Assembly (NCBI GenBank): GCA_018646625.1
Contig: JABGUJ010000003.1
Coordinates: forward strand, 292,509 to 339,086
DNA from: Candidatus Woesearchaeota archaeon
GTDB taxonomy: Archaea; Nanobdellota; Nanobdellia; Woesearchaeales; JABGUJ01
DNA: 46,578 nucleotides
Direction of reading: 5' to 3'
Part shown: positions 18,565 to 26,611 of the stretch, in pieces
Numbering within the stretch: the first letter of the stretch is position 1
Layout: every line of letters begins with the position of its first letter
The notes under the pieces: model-generated
Database searches by the model: none
Seen by the model: the letters and a program-made list of their open reading frames with translations, nothing else
What the model was told of the DNA's origin: nothing
Made by a program: the position numbers and the translations under genes

Positions 18565-19491
18565 TTAATCTTTCTTCTTTTTCTTGGTTTTCTTAATGTC
18601 TTTTTCTAAACCAAGTTTTTCAAGAAGTTCTTTGTATCTGTTTCGAATTGTAACTTCAGTAACACCAGCTACATCTGCAACTTCTCTTTGAGTTCTTTTC
18701 TCTCCAAAGATTAAAGCAGAAACATAAAGAGCGGCAGCAGCAATTCCAGTAGGACCTCTTCCTGAAGTTAACTCAACTCTTTGAGCCATTTCAAGAATCT
18801 CAATCGCTTTAGATTGTGCTTCTGCACTCAACTTTAGACTAGATGCAAATCTTGCAATATAGTCTGCAGGATTACTAGGTAAAATTGAAATTCCAAGTTC
18901 TCTAGTTACAAATCTATAAGTTCTTCCAACTTCTTTTTTGTCAATACCTGAAGCTTCACTTAATTCATCAAGTGTTCTAGGAACATCATGTCTTCTACAT
19001 GCTGCATATAAGCTACCCGCAACAACAGATTCCATGCTTCTTCCTCTTACAAGACCCCTCTGAACAGCCAGGGTGTATATTCTTGCAGCTTCTTCTTCAA
19101 CTGATTTTGGAAGTTTTAAGTAGGATGAAACTCTTTTAAGTTCTGCAAGTGCAAGTTTCAAGTTTCGTTCAATCGCAGTAGATATTCTATATTGCCATTT
19201 TCTCAATCTAAAGAATTTATTTTTTTCTTTAGTTCCAAGCTTGTATAGGTCTGCTTTTTGACCAACTTCAGTACCTAAACCTTGATCGTACTGAGTATAA
19301 GTCATTGGAGCTCCAGTTCTTCGCTTTTTATCGCCTGAATCTGAGTCGAATTCTCTCCACTCTTGACCGAAGTCAACCATTTTTTCTTCTACTACAAGGC
19401 CGCAATCTTTACAGATAACTTCTCCTTTGTCTTTATTAAGAAATAAATTAATGCTTCCACATTCTGGACATTTTTTAACGAGATTTGACAT
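18565..19491 (-). CDS. tfb: Transcription initiation factor IIB
   Basis: CPECGS..CKDCG Zn ribbon, EWREF..RTGAP, two cyclin repeats, GVTEVTIRNRYKEL. Confidence 0.98.
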   Translation of the reverse strand: MSNLVKKCPECGSINLFLNKDKGEVICKDCGLVVEEKMVDFGQEWREFDSDSGDKKRRTGAPMTYTQYDQGLGTEVGQKADLYKLGTKEKNKFFRLRKWQYRISTAIERNLKLALAELKRVSSYLKLPKSVEEEAARIYTLAVQRGLVRGRSMESVVAGSLYAACRRHDVPRTLDELSEASGIDKKEVGRTYRFVTRELGISILPSNPADYIARFASSLKLSAEAQSKAIEILEMAQRVELTSGRGPTGIAAAALYVSALIFGEKRTQREVADVAGVTEVTIRNRYKELLEKLGLEKDIKKTKKKKKD

Positions 19492-19712
19492 TTTATTTCA
19501 CCTTCGCATAGAGCTAACTATATTTCATTTAGCACCTACACCCCCATTTTTTCGCAAATTTTTTAAACCCATTTTTAATCGTCACCGTGATGACTACAAT
19601 AGATTTATATATAAATCCAAGTCTCTCTTTATAAACTTTTGCTTTTTTGGGAAAGCTTTTTAAATACTAGTTGTGTTTTTAGGTATATTTCAGTTTATAA
19701 ATGGTGTTATTG

Positions 19713-19868
19713 ATGAAAGAAGAAATTTCTGAAAGAATGCTTAAAATTCTTGTTTGTCCCTCTGATAAATCTAAGCTAGAGTATAACGAGAAAAAAACTC
19801 ATTTGATATGCAGTACTTGCGGCAACAAATATGAAGTAAAAGATGGGATTCCTGTTTTCTTAGATTAA
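19713..19868 (+). CDS. trm112: Trm112 family methyltransferase activator (51 aa; absent from the ORF track)
   Basis: My translation: MKEEISERMLKILVCPSDKSKLEYNEKKTHLICSTCGNKYEVKDGIPVFLD. It has the ILVCP..L.C..C...Y.V.DGIP signature and a GGTG RBS. Confidence 0.9.
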   Translation: MKEEISERMLKILVCPSDKSKLEYNEKKTHLICSTCGNKYEVKDGIPVFLD

Positions 19869-19905
19869 GAACTTTTATATACAACTGTAAGAAAGTTCTT
19901 TGCAT

Positions 19906-19989
19906 GCTGCTGTGGCGCAATCTGGTACCGCGCTGGCCTTGAGAGCCAGTTTCCTCCGGGATATCCCGGTTCAAATCCGGGCGGCAGCG
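19906..19989 (+). tRNA. tRNA-Ser (TGA), long variable arm, no encoded CCA
   Basis: Acceptor GCTGCTG/CGGCAGC, anticodon arm CTGGC-CTTGAGA-GCCAG, T arm CCCGG-TTCAAAT-CCGGG, discriminator G; TTTTATATA box at ~19873. Confidence 0.95.
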
Positions 19990-20086
19990 TTTTTAATTTA
20001 TTCTTAGCGACAGGTTTTATAAAGATTAAACAGAATGTATAGTTATTGAGTTTCCTGTAACAAAACATAAAAAAGAGGTAAAGTAA

Positions 20087-20950
20087 ATGGCTATTGGTAT
20101 CATAATTACAATTGTTCTGGTTATAGTTTTTATTTTAGGAATAAGAATTGTCAGACCCGTTGAGCGTGGAGTAATAGAATTCTTAGGTAAATACAAATAT
20201 ACTGCTCAACCCGGATTTCATTGGATTATTCCCCTTGTGTTTAAAATGATAAAAGTCAACGTTACTGAGCAGAAAGTCGATGTTGAGCCACAAAATATAA
20301 TCACAAAAGACAAACTTAACGCAGAGGTTGATGCAGTCGTTTATTATAAAGTCGTTGATCCAACAAAATCATTATACAATGTAAACAAATTCCATTGCGC
20401 AGTACCTTCTCTTGCAAAAACTACACTTCGTGCAATAATTGGTAAAATGACCTTAACTGATGCAAACGAAAATAGAGATAAAATCAATACAGATGTTGAA
20501 AAAGAATTGGACAAACAAACTGATCCTTGGGGTATTGATGTTATTCGTGTTGAGCTTCAGAGAATTGAACCACCAAAAGACGTTCAGGACGCTATGAATA
20601 AAGTTGTAAAAGCAGAAAACGAGAAAATAGCAGCTAAAGATTTAGCAACCGCTATAGAAACACAAGCAGATGGTGAACGTCGTGCAGAGATTAAAATTGC
20701 AGAGGGAACTTCACAAGCAGTGAGATTAAAAGCATCTGCTGAAGCTGAAGCAATCAAATTAGTAAATGACTCCGCAAACAAACATTTTATTGGTAATGCA
20801 CAGCTGCTAAAACGACTTGAGACTGTTGAGAAGTCACTATCTCAAAATGCTAAGATCGTAGTTCCATCCAATACAGAGTTAGTTAACGTTATTGGCGAAC
20901 TTGCAGGAACCAAAGTACTGCCTTTACCTAAAAAAAATAAAAAGGAGTAG
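20087..20950 (+). CDS. SPFH/band 7 (stomatin/QmcA-like) membrane protein
   Basis: N-terminal TM, RIVRPVERGVIEFLGKY, QNIITKD, WGIDVIRVELQRIEPP, C-terminal coiled coil. Confidence 0.95.
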   Translation: MAIGIIITIVLVIVFILGIRIVRPVERGVIEFLGKYKYTAQPGFHWIIPLVFKMIKVNVTEQKVDVEPQNIITKDKLNAEVDAVVYYKVVDPTKSLYNVNKFHCAVPSLAKTTLRAIIGKMTLTDANENRDKINTDVEKELDKQTDPWGIDVIRVELQRIEPPKDVQDAMNKVVKAENEKIAAKDLATAIETQADGERRAEIKIAEGTSQAVRLKASAEAEAIKLVNDSANKHFIGNAQLLKRLETVEKSLSQNAKIVVPSNTELVNVIGELAGTKVLPLPKKNKKE

Positions 20951-20979
20951 TTTGTAACGCCATTTAGAAGATTTTCACC

Positions 20980-21504
20980 ATGGATGTTTCTAAAGCAATA
21001 CGGAGAAGGAAAAGTGTACGAAAGTATAAAGCAGATTCCGTTTCCAAAAAACATGTTGATGAAATAATTGAAGCTGCAAGATTAGCTCCATCTGGTAACA
21101 ATGCACAACCGTGGAGATTTGTTGTAGTCAGTGATGATAAAACAAAAACCTTGCTTAAAGAAAATAATATCTTTCCGCAAGACTTTGTTTACACTTCACC
21201 TACAATACTTGTTTGTTGTTCAGATCCTAAAGCTTATTCTAAAAACTTAGCAGGATTAGATGATGATAACAAAGTAAGAGCAGTAAGAGATGTTTCTATT
21301 GCATCAGCTTTCATGGTTTTAAGAGCGGAAGAATTAGGTTTAAGCACTTGCTATGTAGGTTGGTTAAAAAAAGAAGAAATAAAACCACTTTTGAACATTC
21401 CCAAAGAGTGTGTTGTACCTTACATTCTAACTTTAGGTTATTCTGATGAAAATCCTCATGAAACATCTCGTAAAGATGTCTCAGAGATTTTAATAAAAAA
21501 ATAA
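20980..21504 (+). CDS. Nitroreductase family protein
   Basis: RRRKSVRKY, ARLAPSGNNAQPWRFVVV, AEELGLSTCYVG. Confidence 0.95.
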   Translation: MDVSKAIRRRKSVRKYKADSVSKKHVDEIIEAARLAPSGNNAQPWRFVVVSDDKTKTLLKENNIFPQDFVYTSPTILVCCSDPKAYSKNLAGLDDDNKVRAVRDVSIASAFMVLRAEELGLSTCYVGWLKKEEIKPLLNIPKECVVPYILTLGYSDENPHETSRKDVSEILIKK

Positions 21505-22350
21505 TTACCTAGATCCTTCAGTCAATCGTGCAACAGCTTGATCTCTATAACCTCTAATAACTTCGGCAGCTTTAGCAGGATCTTCATCCTTATAGATCGC
21601 CGAACCAACAATCGCAGCAGAATTTGGTCCAACAATTCTCGCCCAATTTTCAAACTGTTTATCCATTGTAACATCCGATTGTCTACCAAATCCAGGACAC
21701 CACAATTCACCATCAGTTCTTTCTCTATACCGACGCAATAATGCAGGATTATTACCAGGAGCAATAAATCCATCAACACCAAAATGCTGACCAAGCAACA
21801 AGATCACATCAGTTATTGTATCACACGTACAAAGATCTACACGAAGATTAGTAGAATCAATATCCAAATACCTCTCAAGCACATCTTCAATATGATTATG
21901 TTGCGCATCATCTAAAGGCATACCAAAAAACAGGTCAGCGCCTTTATGAGTCATATAAGGTAAAGTCAAAACTCGACCACCAGTTTCATGAGCAACCGCT
22001 ATAGCTTCTTCAATACTTGAAAGTCCAGGAAAAGTATGCACAGTAATATAACTCGCATCAGCGGCTGTCAACGCTCTAACAATTTTCGCGTTTGTTCCTT
22101 GCCAACTTTCATCTTTTGCTCTAAAACCAATATCTGCAACTTTATAATCCGCCAGGACAGGTTTCCCATTCATTGCGGCCTTAGCTCTCTCAAAAATGTC
22201 AACACCAGGCACCATAGAAGAAGTTATTCCAATCTTAACTGCATCTACATAAGGTTCGGCAGCCACACAAACCTCTAACATCCTAACAGGATCATCCACA
22301 ATATCATTAGACAATACTATTGCATAATCATCTATTACTTTCTCACCCAT
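21505..22350 (-). CDS. pyrF: Orotidine 5'-phosphate decarboxylase (divergent, with insertions)
   Basis: DAVKIG, DYKVADIG (DxKxxD), ITVH, MTHKGA, PGFGRQ; lies directly downstream of pyrE. Confidence 0.85.
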   Translation of the reverse strand: MGEKVIDDYAIVLSNDIVDDPVRMLEVCVAAEPYVDAVKIGITSSMVPGVDIFERAKAAMNGKPVLADYKVADIGFRAKDESWQGTNAKIVRALTAADASYITVHTFPGLSSIEEAIAVAHETGGRVLTLPYMTHKGADLFFGMPLDDAQHNHIEDVLERYLDIDSTNLRVDLCTCDTITDVILLLGQHFGVDGFIAPGNNPALLRRYRERTDGELWCPGFGRQSDVTMDKQFENWARIVGPNSAAIVGSAIYKDEDPAKAAEVIRGYRDQAVARLTEGSR

Positions 22351-22355
22351 CTTAT

Positions 22356-23537
22356 TTACCTCGCATCTACTCCATAAGTATGTTGATATCGTTCAAACTG
22401 ACCGTGCGTTCCTGCAGGCAACTGCTGCATAACATCATCAACCTTTAGTTCAATACCATGTTCACGCACTGCATCAATCATTGCAGTAATTCCTAAAACA
22501 CTGCTAACGAACATATGGCGATTTTGATCTAGGAACTCTCCAATAGCATCGTCCCCTCTAACACCATGCTGCACAGTACTCGTATCTCCTGGAACAGTAT
22601 AAACAGGACCACACTGTTCTCGATCTACAAAAATATAAACACCAGATGCTTGAACATCATCAACTCCTCGTCGAAAAGCTTCTTCAGTTACTAAACCCAT
22701 AGCATCAACTTTTGTTTTCATAGAAGTACCAACATCATCAATAATCGCAGGTCGATCTCCAGAAACAAATGATAAACCATCATCAAGAGAATAAGGCATT
22801 CTCATAGTACCAAAAGGTGTTGCGCCTTGATCTTCCAGAACTCGTCCAAAATCAACAACTCGGTCAGGAGTAGTATACAAAGAATTATGAACAATCATAA
22901 CAGTTCTTCCCTTAGGTTTAACACCAACATATTGAACATTACCTTTAAACCCGGTTTCATCACCATGAGTCTTTGCAACTAATCGATCATAAGCAAAGCC
23001 AACATCCATTCCACGCCGACGTGCAAGTTCTGAAGCAACAGCAACAGCCAAAACACTCGACTCAGGAGAAGGAGAAGCAATCAAATCAACATCGTGATCA
23101 ACAATATTAGAAACAACATCATCTAAATGTTCTCCAACAACTTCAGCCATACCTTTACCAGTATGATGTGGATTAAAAACCAATCTGCCAGAAACTTTAT
23201 CATCAAAAACAAAAGGCAAATTGATATCATGATTATGGTATAGAGATAAAGCAGTTGCAGTTGCAATTGCATTACCTTTGTAAGCAGGACCAAACAAGTG
23301 AGTAATCAAAGTACCGCCTTCAATATCTGCAGCAATCATTTCAGCGAAAGCATCGCCCATAATATTAACTAAACTACCAGTATTAAACGCACCGGCGTTA
23401 AAAAAATACGGTGTAGTTCTACCGTCTTTTAAGTTCAAAGTACTCTCAGCCCCAGGATCTTCCCAGTTACCTCTAAAAAACAAAGCACCAATCTTACAAG
23501 AAGTCCGCACTGCATCTAAAAAAGCATCATTAGCCAT
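22356..23537 (-). CDS. pyrE: Orotate phosphoribosyltransferase with nested internal PRTase duplication
   Basis: LKDGRTTPYFFNAG, LFGPAYKG, DRLVAKTHG, AIIDDVGT and VDRE motifs; about twice the normal length. The start is placed at ATG 23537 after GGGTGA. Confidence 0.85.
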   Translation of the reverse strand: MANDAFLDAVRTSCKIGALFFRGNWEDPGAESTLNLKDGRTTPYFFNAGAFNTGSLVNIMGDAFAEMIAADIEGGTLITHLFGPAYKGNAIATATALSLYHNHDINLPFVFDDKVSGRLVFNPHHTGKGMAEVVGEHLDDVVSNIVDHDVDLIASPSPESSVLAVAVASELARRRGMDVGFAYDRLVAKTHGDETGFKGNVQYVGVKPKGRTVMIVHNSLYTTPDRVVDFGRVLEDQGATPFGTMRMPYSLDDGLSFVSGDRPAIIDDVGTSMKTKVDAMGLVTEEAFRRGVDDVQASGVYIFVDREQCGPVYTVPGDTSTVQHGVRGDDAIGEFLDQNRHMFVSSVLGITAMIDAVREHGIELKVDDVMQQLPAGTHGQFERYQHTYGVDAR

Positions 23538-23623
23538 TATATCACCCAAGAAAAACATAGGGCAAATACTATATATAGTTTGTTTTGTCCATAGACGGTG
23601 ACAAATTAAATATAAAGAAAGTA

Positions 23624-24112
23624 TTATAAAGTTTCAGACGACTCTAATTTCAACAATTTGTTATCACTAAATTCTTCATCAATTTTAACACAATACTCTT
23701 CTATTCTATCCATCATAGAATTCACTAAATATTGCCTTATTCCTTTTCGAAAAATATCACCAACAGGTTGACACTCAGTAATTCTATATTTATTTTTCAC
23801 CTTCTCAACAAGAAACAACGCTCTCAACCGTTTCAATTGTCTTCTGATATTAGAACCAGCAACACCACTCAACACAAGATTATGTTCTTCTCTGTATGCA
23901 GTAACCAATTCACGTATTTGTTCACTGCTGATTGCATCACCAAACATCAATAAAACATAAAGAATATCCACAACAACATCTCGCGAATCACCAGGCTGCA
24001 ACAAGCCAAGAGATAGACATAATTTTTTAACCAGCTCCCGCTTCTTTAACCTACTTGGTTTTTCGTACTTCCTTAATGTAACCTCAGAAAGAGGCAACTC
24101 TTTTATCGCCAT
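23624..24112 (-). CDS. Conserved archaeal winged-HTH-like protein
   Basis: TLRKYEKP, CLSLGLLQPGDSRD, SNIRRQLKRLR..LVEK (wHTH-like). The ATG at 24112 is preferred. Confidence 0.7.
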   Translation of the reverse strand: MAIKELPLSEVTLRKYEKPSRLKKRELVKKLCLSLGLLQPGDSRDVVVDILYVLLMFGDAISSEQIRELVTAYREEHNLVLSGVAGSNIRRQLKRLRALFLVEKVKNKYRITECQPVGDIFRKGIRQYLVNSMMDRIEEYCVKIDEEFSDNKLLKLESSETL

Positions 24113-24157
24113 AACAACACCCAATATCACCCCAAGACGTTGGTGTTAAGTGCATGA

Positions 24158-24277
24158 TCAGAAAAATGATTCTCCTTTAGGTTGCCATCTAAATTGATTC
24201 ATGAAATCATTACTATCTGCAACATACTGTGCTTGATCACAACTTTCTTTTCTCTCGGCATCAAAAAAAACAATCAT
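24158..24277 (-). CDS. Candidate small protein, 39 aa (absent from the ORF track)
   Basis: GAGGTGA RBS 6 nt before the ATG; TATTTAAA box ~35 nt upstream; MIVFFDAERKESCDQAQYVADSNDFMNQFRWQPKGESFF. Confidence 0.55.
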   Translation of the reverse strand: MIVFFDAERKESCDQAQYVADSNDFMNQFRWQPKGESFF

Positions 24278-24320
24278 ATCAATTCACCTCAAGAATAAGA
24301 ACACCAAAATCCTTTAAATA

Positions 24321-24351
24321 TCTCACACGACCAACTGTCCAGTGTCCAGTG
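24321..24351. repeat. 31-bp intergenic motif, copy 1
   Basis: TCTCACAC-GACCA-ACTGTC-C-AGTGTCCAGTG; the second copy is at 38214..38244. Confidence 0.75.
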
Positions 24352-24386
24352 AATAGACGCGCTAAAACCACAAGATTTAAATAAGA

Positions 24387-24404
24387 TGTTATTATAAAAT
24401 AACA
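24387..24404. promoter_or_regulatory. Candidate autoregulatory operator of the MNT-HEPN pair
   Basis: TGTTATT-ATAA-AATAACA inverted repeat between the TTTAAATA box and the ATG at 24406. Confidence 0.5.
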
Positions 24405-24405
24405 C

Positions 24406-24966
24406 ATGTCACAAAAAAATAACATAAATCCATTCAAAAAAAGCACCGAAAAAATACTATCAATAATCTTCACACATCCAAATAGAACCTTCCATGTAAG
24501 AAATTTAGCAAGACTAGCAAACCTTTCAACCACTTCAGTAACTAAAGCCATTAAAGATCTTGAATCATTAAAAATAGTTAAAGTAGAAAGCACAGACATA
24601 ACAAAGAACATAAAAGCAAATCTAGAATCTGATTCGTTCACAAGATACAAAAGAATTCTAAATCTTCACCAAATAGAAAAAAACAAACTAACTGAAATAA
24701 TAACAAATGAACTAAATCCCTCAGCCATAGTCCTATTCGGATCATACGCAAAAGGCGAAGACATAGAAGAAAGCGACATAGATATAGTCACCATAAGTAA
24801 CAAAAAAAGTACAAAAGAACTCGAAAAAAGTTTAGAAAAAACTGAGAAAGCATTAAAAAGAAAAATAAGTTTACAAATACTACCCTCCTTGGAAAAGAGC
24901 TCAAAAGAGTTCAAAAATGCAATAATAAACGGAATTGTGCTTCAAGGATATATCAAAGTAGTATGA
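24406..24966 (+). CDS. wHTH + minimal nucleotidyltransferase (MNT) antitoxin
   Basis: N-terminal HTH (HVRNLARLANLSTTSV); LFGSYAKGED..SDIDI. Confidence 0.9.
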   Translation: MSQKNNINPFKKSTEKILSIIFTHPNRTFHVRNLARLANLSTTSVTKAIKDLESLKIVKVESTDITKNIKANLESDSFTRYKRILNLHQIEKNKLTEIITNELNPSAIVLFGSYAKGEDIEESDIDIVTISNKKSTKELEKSLEKTEKALKRKISLQILPSLEKSSKEFKNAIINGIVLQGYIKVV

Positions 24967-25421
24967 TAAACTCATTTGACAATTATCTAAAGCAAGGAAA
25001 AGCAAAAAGAAAAACCCCAGACCCTGAAGAAGCAGAAGCTCTAATAAAACAATCACAAGAAAGAATAAACTACATCAAAAACAATAAAATAAACAAAACA
25101 ACCGCAAAATTCATTCTAGAAGATTCATACGAAGCAATAAGAGAGTCATCACAATCACTTATGTCAATAAAAGGATTCAAACCATACAGTCATGAAGCCA
25201 CAATAAGTTTTATCAAAGAAAATCATAAAGAGTTTACAGAAGAAGAGATAAATACAATAAATCAATTAAGAATCATGCGAAACAACTCGATCTATAAAGC
25301 TCAACCCATTAATAAAAAAGACGCAGAACAAGCACTGGATTTCGCAATCAAATTCACTAAAAAGGCCAAAATTACCTTAAGAAATACAGCTGTTGCTTCT
25401 TGTGATGCTTTTTCTTCTTAA
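24963..25421 (+). CDS. HEPN domain protein (toxin partner of MNT)
   Basis: ATGA overlap with MNT; YEAIRE..KGFKPYSHEA..LRIMRNNSIY pattern. Confidence 0.8.
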   Translation: MINSFDNYLKQGKAKRKTPDPEEAEALIKQSQERINYIKNNKINKTTAKFILEDSYEAIRESSQSLMSIKGFKPYSHEATISFIKENHKEFTEEEINTINQLRIMRNNSIYKAQPINKKDAEQALDFAIKFTKKAKITLRNTAVASCDAFSS

Positions 25422-25635
25422 CAAAAAAACGAAGACGTACTAAATCGTATGCAGCCGCAATAGTAAAAACAACCTGCAACACAATAAAAATCCAGTTTTT
25501 CAAGCTCAAACTGTATATCGCAAGACAAAACCCTCCAAAAACATAAAGAATATCCTGTACTCGTCTTTCTCTATCAATTATACCAATAATTATCAAGACC
25601 AAGCCAAGAATTCCAAACATCTCTGCATACATCAT
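25372..25635 (-). CDS. Small three-TM membrane protein
   Basis: Three hydrophobic segments and a WIFIVLQVVF motif. Confidence 0.65.
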   Translation of the reverse strand: MMYAEMFGILGLVLIIIGIIDRERRVQDILYVFGGFCLAIYSLSLKNWIFIVLQVVFTIAAAYDLVRLRFFVKKKKHHKKQQLYFLR

Positions 25636-25673
25636 ACTATAGAAATCACAAATTGCATTTAAAAAAGTAACTA

Positions 25674-26102
25674 TTAGAACTTAATCTTCTTCTCTAAAAA
25701 CACAAAACAAGTACCTATGGCAATAGCGATAAAGAAAGCCAAAATCACCTTATACACAAAGAACATCACTCCAAAATAACTAGATTCTAAAAACAATCTC
25801 ATAGGACCAATCATTGCTTGCCCAGTAATAAACGCAGCAACAATACTCAAAGGCAAACCCTTCTTCTTAAAATCTTTAAGTAAAGGCAAGAAAGCCATCA
25901 AAGGACCAGGAGTCATTATACCAACAGCCGATGCTTTAGCAATATTACTTTCACTCTCCTTAAACTTACTAGAAATTTTTCTATGAGATAAATAACCTTT
26001 AACAACTTGAGACGCTACGACCGCCACAATCAAAATTGGCAAGACTTTTACAAATTTAATAATGGAAGTTACTAAAATGTCATTAACAACACCGTCAATC
26101 AT
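25674..26102 (-). CDS. Half-size permease (DUF318/ArsP-like family)
   Basis: Four hydrophobic segments; GIMTPGPLMAFLPL..LKKKG-type motif; paired with 26099..26512. Confidence 0.7.
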   Translation of the reverse strand: MIDGVVNDILVTSIIKFVKVLPILIVAVVASQVVKGYLSHRKISSKFKESESNIAKASAVGIMTPGPLMAFLPLLKDFKKKGLPLSIVAAFITGQAMIGPMRLFLESSYFGVMFFVYKVILAFFIAIAIGTCFVFLEKKIKF

Positions 26103-26512
26103 AGTAACACCTCCATAACAAATCCACCAATAGAAATAAACACAATACTCAACAATAATCTAACTGTAAAATACTTCAAACCAAAGAACTTGGCTTCCAT
26201 AACATCTCCAATGATATTTTCACAGATAACTTCTCCAGCAATTAACGCAAAAATAACACCAATAGAAGCACCTTTAGTGAACAAAGCAAATGCAACAGGA
26301 TAAGTAGCATAACGAGGAATAGGCAATACAACCCCAATAAACGCAGCCAAAGGTACCGCAATAAACAAATTATCCCCTAAAACTGCAAAGATAAAGTCAC
26401 TAGGAATAAATCTCTCAATCAGTACAGCAACTACGACCGATAAGAAAAATATTGGCAAAAGAAACTTGAATTCCTTGATTGATCCTTCAAAAACCCTCTT
26501 AAAAGCATACAT
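26099..26512 (-). CDS. Half-size permease (DUF318/ArsP-like family)
   Basis: IERFIP..LG..VPLAAFIGVVLPIP..P.A.ALFTKGASIG pattern; ATGA overlap with its partner. Confidence 0.7.
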   Translation of the reverse strand: MYAFKRVFEGSIKEFKFLLPIFFLSVVVAVLIERFIPSDFIFAVLGDNLFIAVPLAAFIGVVLPIPRYATYPVAFALFTKGASIGVIFALIAGEVICENIIGDVMEAKFFGLKYFTVRLLLSIVFISIGGFVMEVLL

Positions 26513-26611
26513 AGTATAGAAACCTCTTACACCCTATAAAAAGATTATGAATAAAAATAACAAAACTCTTTTAAACCAAGATAACTAAATATCCACATAC
26601 TAACTCAAGAG

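Noticed and set aside
19492..19620. Short uORFs in the tfb leader (MKYS; MGLKNLRKNGGVGAK)
   Set aside because: Too short to distinguish from chance in AT-rich DNA without conservation data.
19771..20068. Minus-strand ORFs 19771..19974 and 19865..20068
   Set aside because: They are antisense shadows of trm112 and tRNA-Ser.
23584..23605. TTTGTC-N10-GACAAA inverted repeat upstream of pyrE as a pyrimidine regulon operator
   Set aside because: Only 6-bp arms and no matching site found before purA or pyrBI; could be chance.
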